Origin: a virus
Length of the DNA stretch: 64,000 nt
IMG/VR virus record: IMGVR_UViG_3300007255_000001
Span: 1 to 64,000 of that record
Strand: one strand, 5' to 3'
The notes beneath the pieces were generated by a model. It did no database searches, had not been told where the DNA came from, and saw nothing but the letters and a program-made list of their open reading frames with translations. Positions 52,211 to 59,301 of the stretch are shown in pieces (the stretch's first letter is position 1; each line of letters opens with the position of its first letter). The translations under genes were made by a program, and so were the position numbers.

Positions 52211-52371
52211 AGCCGTTTGTAGTCCGGGCGCCCGCCCTTCCGCTCGCGCCGCCGGCCGCGCGGTTTGCGGCACCGCGGGCAGAGATGCGGCTCGCAGCGG
52301 GGGCAGCTCGCGACGCCGCAGGAACAGTAGACCGGTGTCGTGGCGCAGCGGGGGCAGATCTCGGGCCTCAT
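52207..52371 (-). CDS. 54-aa Cys-rich mini-protein (three CPRC motifs)
   Basis: Product MRPEICPRCATTPVYCSCGVASCPRCEPHLCPRCRKPRG... with ATGA overlaps at both ends. Confidence 0.4.
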   Translation of the reverse strand: MRPEICPRCATTPVYCSCGVASCPRCEPHLCPRCRKPRGRRRERKGGRPDYKRL

Positions 52372-52721
52372 CGCGTCCGTGCCTTCCGCGCCGCCTGAAT
52401 CTCCGCGTTCGCGACCGTGAGCGCTTCAGCCCGTACCTTCTGCTCCTGAATCTTCATGTTTGCCGTCTTGAGTGCCTCGCTCCGTACCTTCTGCTCCGCC
52501 TCCCACTCCGCCGCGGTCCACATCGCCCCTTCCGACCGCGCGAACGCCGCCGCTGCGGCCTCGACCGTGGACCAGTCCGCCGGGCCGGCGATGATGTCCG
52601 CGAACCCATAGACGTAGCCCGCGTCGCGCGGGGTCGCCGCCGTTCCCCGCCAGCCGGACGGCACCGTCGGACAGTCCAGCGCGAAGTACCGCCGCGCGCT
52701 CACCTTCACAAAGACAATCAT
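52368..52721 (-). CDS. Hypothetical protein
   Basis: 117-aa ORF with an ATGA overlap at the start. Confidence 0.55.
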   Translation of the reverse strand: MIVFVKVSARRYFALDCPTVPSGWRGTAATPRDAGYVYGFADIIAGPADWSTVEAAAAAFARSEGAMWTAAEWEAEQKVRSEALKTANMKIQEQKVRAEALTVANAEIQAARKARTR

Positions 52722-53239
52722 TCCGCCTCCTCCGCTTTCTCCTTCTTCGCCAGCCAGCCCTTAACGTCGAACGACACCCCCTTCAACCACTCCGCATACG
52801 CCGCCTCCGCCGCCGCGATCGCCACCTTCAGCCGCTGGAATTCCGCGACCTCCGCATCTGAGAGCCGGCGCGTGATCTGATCGTCGAGCGAGTACTCCGC
52901 ACTTTTCTTCCCATCGATCGTCAGCAGGAGTTCGCGTGTCCGGGGGTTCTGCCCACGGAGCGTCGCGTGCGTGTGCCGGCCCTCTTCCGTCTCCTCGCGC
53001 GTCCGGTTGTACCGCGGCCGATCCCTGATCGCCGGATCGAAGTCCAGGATCGTGATCTCCACCGGCGTCATCCGCGCTTGCCGACGGACCGCCTTCTTCA
53101 GCTTCTCGATCAGCTCGTCCTTCGTCTTGCCCGTGTACTCCACCTCATCGACCTCCGCGGAGAACACCCCCAGGGCGTCGACCTCGATCTCGATGCGCGG
53201 CCCGTCGCGCCCCCCGATCCTCTCCGTTCCGAGCTTCAT
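52718..53239 (-). CDS. Hypothetical protein
   Basis: Internal ATG (MKLGTERIGG...) that makes an ATGA overlap with the 53236 stop. 173 aa. The upstream Gly/Ala-rich extension to 53476 was rejected. Confidence 0.5.
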   Translation of the reverse strand: MKLGTERIGGRDGPRIEIEVDALGVFSAEVDEVEYTGKTKDELIEKLKKAVRRQARMTPVEITILDFDPAIRDRPRYNRTREETEEGRHTHATLRGQNPRTRELLLTIDGKKSAEYSLDDQITRRLSDAEVAEFQRLKVAIAAAEAAYAEWLKGVSFDVKGWLAKKEKAEEAE

Positions 53240-53622
53240 GCTGCCTCCTGTAGCGGGACGGCCACCCGCCCCGCCCGTGTCGCCGCCCGCTGTCGCCGCC
53301 GCTCCGTCCGCGCCGTCGGCAGAGCCACCCGCCGCCAATGATCCTCCCGCCGCCACCGATCCTGCAGCGCCGTCAACCGCCGGTAGTGCTCCACCCGCGG
53401 CAGCTTGGCGACGAGCAGCGCCTCGAAGTCCAGCCGCAACGCCGGCGAGAGCTTCGCGTGCTTCAACCAAAACCACACGTCACCCTCCGGCGCCGTCGCC
53501 TTGTAGTGCGCGTACAGTTCGGTCTTGGTCATCGTCGACGTGTCGACCGGCGCCGCCGCCTCAGGCGCCGCCTTCCGCTTGCTCGCATTCCAGGTATGCC
53601 CACACTGGGGACAGCACGCCAT
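53236..53622 (-). CDS. Hypothetical protein with N-terminal CCPQCGH zinc motif
   Basis: The ATG at 53622 has AGGAGG about 9 nt upstream. 128 aa. Confidence 0.5.
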   Translation of the reverse strand: MACCPQCGHTWNASKRKAAPEAAAPVDTSTMTKTELYAHYKATAPEGDVWFWLKHAKLSPALRLDFEALLVAKLPRVEHYRRLTALQDRWRREDHWRRVALPTARTERRRQRAATRAGRVAVPLQEAA

Positions 53623-53660
53623 GACCCGCACCCTCCTGATCTCTCCGTTAACCCCGCCCC

Positions 53661-53810
53661 TTACCGAGAGTTCTCGATCGCCTGCAAGACGTACAGACCT
53701 TGCTGCATCAGCGCCAGGAACGCCGGTTCCGTCACGGTGTGCTCGACCGAGTTAATGCAGATGATCACTTTCGCGTGGGGCGCCCGCCTGATCCAATCAC
53801 GTCGCGGCAT
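53661..53810 (-). CDS. 49-aa hypothetical micro-protein
   Basis: Product MPRRDWIRRAPHAKVIICINSVEHTVTEPAFLALMQQGLYVLQAIENSR. It fills an otherwise empty gap in the operon. Confidence 0.3.
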   Translation of the reverse strand: MPRRDWIRRAPHAKVIICINSVEHTVTEPAFLALMQQGLYVLQAIENSR

Positions 53811-54021
53811 CGCTTCTCCTTACCGTCACCAGCTCCAATGGCGTCGCCTCGCAGATCCCCGCATCGCACACGAACCCCCGCCCCGCCGGCATCCAGAAGT
53901 AATCGCCCCGATGCGCGCTCCAGCGTTCCCCGCACGTCGGACACCGCAGCTCGGGCCGCGGCCACGGGGCGCCGATCAGATCCGGCAGATCCTCGACCGT
54001 CAGCAAGCGCGGCATCTTCAT
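53797..54021 (-). CDS. Zinc-ribbon mini-protein
   Basis: 74 aa with CPTCG ... C ... C. ATGA overlap at the start. Confidence 0.5.
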   Translation of the reverse strand: MKMPRLLTVEDLPDLIGAPWPRPELRCPTCGERWSAHRGDYFWMPAGRGFVCDAGICEATPLELVTVRRSDAAT

Positions 54022-54278
54022 GACACTCCTTTCGTGAGCGGGACGTCAGTCACGCCGATCCCGTAGAAGTCCTGCGTTTCAATCGCTCGTACGCACACGG
54101 CGAGGTCGTGATCGTCCTCGTCCTGCACCTGCGTGGCGACGTGCTCGGCCAGCTCCTCGATCGGCGGGGGCTCATCGCCTTCGATGCGAATCTCGACGTA
54201 GAACCGATAGACGCGCGTGAGGCGCGCGTTCATGTAGGCGGCGCTCTCGTCGTGCCCGAAGTCGACGCGCGTCCTCAT
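54018..54278 (-). CDS. Hypothetical acidic protein
   Basis: 86-aa ORF with an ATGA overlap at the start. Confidence 0.5.
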   Translation of the reverse strand: MRTRVDFGHDESAAYMNARLTRVYRFYVEIRIEGDEPPPIEELAEHVATQVQDEDDHDLAVCVRAIETQDFYGIGVTDVPLTKGVS

Positions 54279-54502
54279 GCCGCCTCCGTCAGCCGCGCGA
54301 CCGCCTCGGCGATCGCCGCCTCCAAGTCCCGCCCGTCCGCCTTCGCCGCGTGTCCCGCCGCGAACACCTCCCCGATCTTCATCACGTCGATCCGCCGGCC
54401 TTGCGCCAGCCGGCAGTAGATCCGTTCGATCTCGCGGTCGAGCGCCGCCAGCGTGCGCCGGCTCGCTTTCGGTGCAATGCGTCGTGTGTCCTGAAACATC
54501 AC
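54275..54502 (-). CDS. Hypothetical protein
   Basis: 75-aa ORF in the early operon. Confidence 0.5.
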   Translation of the reverse strand: MMFQDTRRIAPKASRRTLAALDREIERIYCRLAQGRRIDVMKIGEVFAAGHAAKADGRDLEAAIAEAVARLTEAA

Positions 54503-54541
54503 CTTTCTCCTCTCAGTTCCGCCGACTCTCTGCCTGTGCCC

Positions 54542-54877
54542 CTACGTCGCGAGATACACCGGCTCCGCGTACCGCGGCCGGGCCATGAGCCGCTGACCGT
54601 CCTTCGTGAAGTGGAAGGCGTGCGTGGCTAACCACTTCGCATCCGTCGTATGGACCGAGCCGTGTGTCGTGTGGTAGTGGTGCCATTCGGCCCGTGTGTA
54701 GACCGTCGGGCCGCCGGGTAACGCCTGCCCAGCGACGTAGGGCCATCGGCCGATATCCGCGCAGTTGACACAATCCACACCGCGCGCCTTCGCGTTTTCG
54801 ATCGTGTGGCGATGCACGAAGGCTGCGAGCACAAGCTGACGCTGAGCGGCGGTTAGGTCGGATCCTTTGATTAGCAT
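54542..54877 (-). CDS. Hypothetical His-rich protein
   Basis: 111-aa ORF that directly abuts the upstream gene. Confidence 0.55.
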   Translation of the reverse strand: MLIKGSDLTAAQRQLVLAAFVHRHTIENAKARGVDCVNCADIGRWPYVAGQALPGGPTVYTRAEWHHYHTTHGSVHTTDAKWLATHAFHFTKDGQRLMARPRYAEPVYLAT

Positions 54878-55237
54878 TTAGCCTTCCTCTTCCTTTCGCG
54901 GATGCAGGAGTCGAAACTGTGTGGCCCTCAGCACTTCAATCGCCCGCGCGTATCCCGTTCCTCGGCTGAATGCGTCCGCCTTCCACACGTCGAAGTACCC
55001 CGCGTCGAAGCTATCCGCCTGCCCCGTCCGCCGGCAGACGAACCGTTGCACGACGATCCCGCCGTCCGCCCGTGTCGCCCCAAACAGACTGAGGGTGTAG
55101 CTGCAGCCGTCGCCTTCGCTCCAGCGCGCGACCGCATCGGGCGACTCGCGGAGCGCGAGATTCAGCGCCGTCATGTAGAGGTCGCCGCGGGCCTTCTCCC
55201 GATCGCGCTCCGCTTTCACTTCGGCTAGACGTGTCAT
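54878..55237 (-). CDS. Hypothetical protein
   Basis: The ATG at 55237 overlaps the upstream TAA by 1 nt. 119 aa. Confidence 0.55.
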   Translation of the reverse strand: MTRLAEVKAERDREKARGDLYMTALNLALRESPDAVARWSEGDGCSYTLSLFGATRADGGIVVQRFVCRRTGQADSFDAGYFDVWKADAFSRGTGYARAIEVLRATQFRLLHPRKEEEG

Positions 55238-55455
55238 TAGCGGCACTCCTCGCAGTACGTCACCCGCGCCGGCACGATCGCGTCGCAGCCGCGACATTCG
55301 TGTACGGCGTGGGGACACCCGCTCTCGTGTGTCGGTACCCCATTGATTACGAGTGCCTCGCATGCGGAGCACCGCACGATGAACCGATTAAATCCGTCGT
55401 TCCGACTCCGATCGAACCCACGCGCTTGTAGGGTCTGTAAGGTGTGCTGGCTCAT
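55237..55455 (-). CDS. Cys-rich zinc-finger mini-protein, apparently leaderless first gene of an early operon
   Basis: The ATG at 55455 lies 7 nt after a -10 element. 72 aa with CSAC ... C ... CRGC ... CEEC. Confidence 0.55.
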   Translation of the reverse strand: MSQHTLQTLQARGFDRSRNDGFNRFIVRCSACEALVINGVPTHESGCPHAVHECRGCDAIVPARVTYCEECR

Positions 55456-55462
55456 GCAAACG

Positions 55463-55491
55463 ACTCTAGCCGAACCGCTCGCACGTGTCAA
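55463..55491 (-). promoter_or_regulatory. Sigma70-type promoter driving a leaderless transcript
   Basis: Minus strand reads TTGACA(55491-55486) CGTGCGAGCGGTTCGGC TAGAGT(55468-55463), then CGTTTGC and the ATG. Confidence 0.6.
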
Positions 55492-55540
55492 CCTGAAACG
55501 ATGATACCAGCTCAGATTGTGTGCCGAACCACGCCGCCGC

Positions 55541-55603
55541 GTGCCGCGGCAGGCAGTCGCAGTGCCGCGGTAGGCAGTCGCAGTGCCGCGGTAGGCAGTC
55601 CTA
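55541..55603. repeat. Three tandem 21-bp direct repeats (GTGCCGCGG(C/T)AGGCAGTCGCA) in a divergent promoter region
   Basis: Copies at 55541-55561, 55562-55582 and 55583-55603 (the last diverges at its 3' end), with a degenerate copy just upstream. They lie between the promoters at 55463-55491 and 55674-55702. Confidence 0.7.
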
Positions 55604-55673
55604 GGCAGACATACGCAGCGACGTGCACCCGCATGCAGACAGTTTCACCGTTGCACAGTATGACCGTGCGAAC

Positions 55674-55702
55674 TTGACACCGTGCGACCGTTCTGCTAGA
55701 GT
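55674..55702 (+). promoter_or_regulatory. Sigma70-type promoter (TTGACA-17 nt-TAGAGT) for the DUF932 gene
   Basis: Plus strand reads TTGACA CCGTGCGACCGTTCTGC TAGAGT. The spacer and the sequence upstream of the -35 resemble other promoters in the window. Confidence 0.6.
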
Positions 55703-55774
55703 GGATCTGTTCGCGGACGTCCCTTGCACCTGATCACGGGTGAGACGCTTGGCGGACACAAAGGCAGGCACCCC

Positions 55775-56881
55775 ATGAAAACCGGACGTTCACTGCAGGA
55801 CATCGCGGCAGAACTCGAGCGGCAAACCGCCAGTCGCAAGGACTACATCGCGCCACAAGGCGCCATCCACGCCGAAGTGGTCAACAACGAAGTGAAGCTA
55901 GACGGCCTGAACGGCGATCCCATCGGGATCACGCCGCATGCGCACGGTCAGCTTTCGGATCATCTGGGGATCCCAAAGAAGTACTACGACCGCATGCTCG
56001 CCGAACAGCCGGCGTTGCTGGCTCAGAACGTCAATACGTGGTTCCGGACCGCGGCCGCCGAGAAGCGGATGGTACGCACGCTCGACGGTCGCGCGCGCGG
56101 GTTCCTCTCGCCGAAGTTTCGACCGCTCGACAACTACGACCTTGCGACCGCGGTCCTTCCGATGCTCATGGAGAAAGGCGCGCACATCGCCTCAGCCGAG
56201 CTCACCGAAACGCGCCTCTACATCAAGGCGATTTTCCCGGATCTCTCAGATGAACTACCGGCCGGCCTGACGTGGGGCAATGGGCACGCGCGCGTTGCGG
56301 CGTACGCGGGGAATCAGGCGGGGCGCGTGGTCGCGGCGATTGTGATCTCCAACTCGGATGTTGGCGCCGGCGCGCTCCGGATCGAACCGTCGGTCTTTAC
56401 CACCTGGTGCACGAACCTCGCGATCATGGCGGAAGCCGCGATGAAGAAGTACCACGTCGGCAAGGCGTTCACGGCGGATGAAGACATGACCGTCTTTCGC
56501 GATGTCACGCGCCAGGCCGACGATCGCGCGTTGTGGATGAAAGTGCAGGACATCACGCGCGCAGCGTTCTCGGCCGAGGCGTTCCGCGCGGCGATTGCGC
56601 AAATCCGCGACGCGGGCGCCGCGCCGCTCGTCTCGCAGGATCTGCCGAAAGTGGTTGAGATGACCGTCAAGCGTCTCGCACTGCCCGAATCAACGCAGTC
56701 GAGCATCTTGACGCATCTGGCGCGTGGGGGCGATCTGACCCGCTGGGGACTGTCGTCAGCCATCACGGCTACCGCGAATGACTTTGCGGAATACGAAGGC
56801 GCAACCGAACTCGAACGCGCTGGCGGTAAGGTGCTCGCACTCACGGGGCACGATTGGAACGCGATCGCGACCGCGGCGTAA
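55775..56881 (+). CDS. DUF932-family protein (phage/plasmid-like protein family)
   Basis: ATG at 55775, 368 aa. Characteristic motif order SLQDIAAELERQ ... HLGIPKKYYDRMLAEQPALLAQNVNTWF ... FLSPKFRPLDN. Confidence 0.7.
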   Translation: MKTGRSLQDIAAELERQTASRKDYIAPQGAIHAEVVNNEVKLDGLNGDPIGITPHAHGQLSDHLGIPKKYYDRMLAEQPALLAQNVNTWFRTAAAEKRMVRTLDGRARGFLSPKFRPLDNYDLATAVLPMLMEKGAHIASAELTETRLYIKAIFPDLSDELPAGLTWGNGHARVAAYAGNQAGRVVAAIVISNSDVGAGALRIEPSVFTTWCTNLAIMAEAAMKKYHVGKAFTADEDMTVFRDVTRQADDRALWMKVQDITRAAFSAEAFRAAIAQIRDAGAAPLVSQDLPKVVEMTVKRLALPESTQSSILTHLARGGDLTRWGLSSAITATANDFAEYEGATELERAGGKVLALTGHDWNAIATAA

Positions 56882-56904
56882 CCCTCTCCCAGCGTGCACG
56901 GCCG

Positions 56905-56949
56905 CCGGCCGAATGGTTGCCCTCCTCAGCCATTCGGCCGGTTGTGTGT
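56905..56949 (+). terminator. Rho-independent terminator after the DUF932 gene
   Basis: A 12-bp perfect stem CCGGCCGAATGG/CCATTCGGCCGG (56905-56916 and 56930-56941) is followed by TTGTGTGT. Confidence 0.6.
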
Positions 56950-56977
56950 ACGCACGTGTGCTGACGTGTGCGTACAG

Positions 56978-57012
56978 CAAAACGCCCGGCTAAGTCTAGG
57001 CTCAGCCGGGCG
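56978..57012 (-). terminator. Rho-independent terminator for the leftward genes at 57131-57528
   Basis: A 9-bp stem CGCCCGGCT/AGCCGGGCG (56983-56991 and 57004-57012) is followed on the minus strand by TTTTG. Confidence 0.5.
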
Positions 57013-57130
57013 GGGGCAGACCGATCGGTGTAGGTCGGTCTCTTACTCGGTCTAAGCGGGCGCGGCCGCGCCACGGCCGCCAAGCTTCGCGAGTAACTCG
57101 ACGTAGCGCCGATCGGTGAGGGTCTCGGCG

Positions 57131-57391
57131 CTAGTCACGCGGATCGGTCTCACACGGTCCGAGCAAGTCAACCGCTTCGGCCTGCTGACGGATGCGTTCG
57201 CAGTCCGCGCGGTCGTAGAGATTCGGCCAGCCCTGTCCGCTCCAGTACTCCGGATCGTCCGCCGCGAGGGTCAGCATGCGCGCGCGAACGGCCGCGCGGA
57301 CCGTCTCGCCGTGCACGTGGTCATACAGCCAGGCGTCTAAGTGTCGGAGGGTCCACGCATCGAAGTAGCGATCCATCGCGGTGTCGGTCAT
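57131..57391 (-). CDS. Hypothetical protein
   Basis: The internal ATG at 57391 has an ATGA overlap with the upstream stop. 86 aa (MTDTAMDRYFDAW...). Confidence 0.5.
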   Translation of the reverse strand: MTDTAMDRYFDAWTLRHLDAWLYDHVHGETVRAAVRARMLTLAADDPEYWSGQGWPNLYDRADCERIRQQAEAVDLLGPCETDPRD

Positions 57392-57528
57392 GACAGCCGC
57401 TCCCATCGCGCCCGCGGCGCCTTCCGAATTCGCACGTGGGTCACGTAGGTCGAGCCATCGGCCGGCCGGGTGACGCGGAGTCGGGCGATTCCCGCCGGGC
57501 GCCGGGGCTGAGTTACCGAATGAGTCAT
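57388..57528 (-). CDS. 46-aa basic mini-protein
   Basis: The ATG at 57528 has AGGAGGG 6-7 nt upstream. Confidence 0.4.
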   Translation of the reverse strand: MTHSVTQPRRPAGIARLRVTRPADGSTYVTHVRIRKAPRARWERLS

Positions 57529-57997
57529 CGCGCTTACCCTCCTGTAAGGCGCCGTGTCTGCCGATTCCGTCCGATGCACTCGGTTGCGAATGGTAGCACG
57601 GTCGCACCATGAAACGTTGCAGACCGTGTGCCGCTCTAGCTCAGTTAGTGCGCCTTTCGCCGTGTCCGTTCGTGAGCAGAGCGTAAGTGCCGCGGAATGC
57701 TAGCCTTTTGCCCTGAGTCTGATAAACGGCGATTATGTTAACTGCCGAGGTGTGCACCGCTGTGCTGGATCGCGCCTTGCTGTGCAGCCACGCGCCTCGA
57801 TGAGCGAGGGGTGTGCCGACCCGAGCAGTCCCGCGCTAAAGAGTGCAGAACCGCGCACCCGCGGGCATTGTCCGCGAGGGTGGGCCGGGGGGAGCGGCCC
57901 CGCTCACGCTCGGACTCACCGATCTTTTTTCACCGATCTTTTTGCGGAAAATTTTCGGGCGCTCGACAAAACCCGCACCCCGGCGGTAGGCTCAGCC

Positions 57998-58195
57998 ATG
58001 CCTGCGAACCTGATCCGCCAGACCCGCGCGCACCACTCCGAGACGGTCGAGATCCGCTGGACCCTCCAGGGCGGCGCGACCTACTACCAGCGGGTACGGG
58101 TACCGCCCCGCACGGTGCGCGAGGCCCATCCGGAAAATTTTCGGGCCGAGGGGGAGGCGCTCCCCACGCGAGTGGTAGGATCGCGGGGAGGCTGA
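57998..58195 (+). CDS. 65-aa hypothetical protein
   Basis: Internal ATG of the 57752..58195 ORF. Third codon positions are strongly G/C-rich from this ATG onward but not upstream of it. Confidence 0.4.
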   Translation: MPANLIRQTRAHHSETVEIRWTLQGGATYYQRVRVPPRTVREAHPENFRAEGEALPTRVVGSRGG

Positions 58196-58210
58196 TCCTA
58201 GGAGGCGTGC

Positions 58211-58603
58211 ATGGCGACGCTGCCCAAACCGGCCGATCCGCTCCAGAGTCCGACGACGTCGACGCAATCGACAGACGGACGCACGCAGCAGGCGCATGTG
58301 ACCAATACCATTCGCGGCCTGCTCCGTCGGCACGGCGTGTGGCCCGAGAAGGTCGACGTCCTGGCCGCCGAGATCGAGACGGTCATCTGGGGGAATGTCC
58401 TCGTGGCGCCGCCACCGGAGGCGCCGGCCGTCGTGAGTGCGCCGGCGCCTGCGCCCGCAGAACCGATCAGGCCCCCGCCGCCGCCCCCGCCCCCGCCGCC
58501 ACCCCTGACGCTCCCCGGGGTCGACGACGAGGCGGGCGAACCCGACGAGGACGAGCCCGTTCCACCGCCGACCCGGCGCCGCATGCGCAAGCGGAGCTCC
58601 TAG
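58211..58603 (+). CDS. Hypothetical protein with a poly-proline tract
   Basis: 130 aa with AGGAGG upstream and a run of 11 consecutive Pro. Confidence 0.55.
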   Translation: MATLPKPADPLQSPTTSTQSTDGRTQQAHVTNTIRGLLRRHGVWPEKVDVLAAEIETVIWGNVLVAPPPEAPAVVSAPAPAPAEPIRPPPPPPPPPPPLTLPGVDDEAGEPDEDEPVPPPTRRRMRKRSS

Positions 58604-58945
58604 GTGGGAGTCTGGCTGCTCGCGGCGGTCGTCTATCATGTGGTCGCGATTGCCGACTTCCCGACCGACCCCGGACACACCCACGTCGAGACGACCGGGC
58701 GCGTCACCCTCCTCAAGAAAGAGGCGGATGGCGACTGGCACCTGCGGCTCGATGACGGCGCCGGCCACTTCGTCGTCGCGGAGATCGTCCCGAACTTCCC
58801 CGTGCGGCGCCCGCGGGTCGGCCAGTGCGTGACGGTCCGGGGGCTGCGCCGCTTCGATGACGAGTCCCCCGGCCATCACTGGTGGGAAGTGCATCCGGTC
58901 TGGCAGTTGACGGTCGTCCCGTGTGGCCGTAAGCTGCCGCCATGA
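58604..58945 (+). CDS. Hypothetical protein with N-terminal signal/TM segment
   Basis: 113 aa with a GTG start adjacent to the previous stop. N-terminus GVWLLAAVVYHVVAIA. Confidence 0.5.
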   Translation: MGVWLLAAVVYHVVAIADFPTDPGHTHVETTGRVTLLKKEADGDWHLRLDDGAGHFVVAEIVPNFPVRRPRVGQCVTVRGLRRFDDESPGHHWWEVHPVWQLTVVPCGRKLPP

Positions 58946-59301
58946 AATTCCGCTCGCTCCTGCGCGGGGGCCTGCTCCTGCGGACCATCGCACGCGAGCT
59001 CGCCGGCCTGCGTCGTGAGCTCCACGCGCAGAACGCGCTCCTCGCCCGGCTCGCCGACGCGGTCGCGCCCGCGGCCCCCGCCTCGCTCAGCCCCGAGGAT
59101 CTCCGCCGCGAGACCTCGGTGACCCATCTCGACCCCGACGAGTTGGAGCTGGCGATGGCGTATGTCGAGAAGGTGGAGCGGGAGCAGAGCTACACCCCGA
59201 CCGAGGAGGAAGTCCTCATCTACCTCGCTGACGAAAAAACCGTGGAACTGCACGCGCGGCTGCGCGCGCGGGCGCAGGAATTCCACGAGCGCCACCGATG
59301 A
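58942..59301 (+). CDS. Hypothetical helical protein
   Basis: 119 aa with an ATGA overlap at the start. Confidence 0.5.
   Translation: MKFRSLLRGGLLLRTIARELAGLRRELHAQNALLARLADAVAPAAPASLSPEDLRRETSVTHLDPDELELAMAYVEKVEREQSYTPTEEEVLIYLADEKTVELHARLRARAQEFHERHR

Noticed and set aside
55521-55610. CRISPR array
   Set aside because: The 21-bp units are directly adjacent, with no spacers. There are only three copies and no cas genes. It is a tandem repeat, not CRISPR.
57625-57700. tRNA-like D-arm sequence GCTCTAGCTCAGTTAGTGCGC
   Set aside because: No T-loop (GTTCRANNC) and no complementary acceptor strands could be found around it, so no cloverleaf can be built.
57752-58755. ORFs 57752-58195 (147 aa) and 57811-58755 (314 aa) as full-length genes
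   Set aside because: The upstream parts have no codon bias and cross the repeat-rich non-coding region. The 314-aa frame overlaps two better-supported genes. Only the 3' portion of the first ORF (57998-58195) is kept, as a tentative small CDS.
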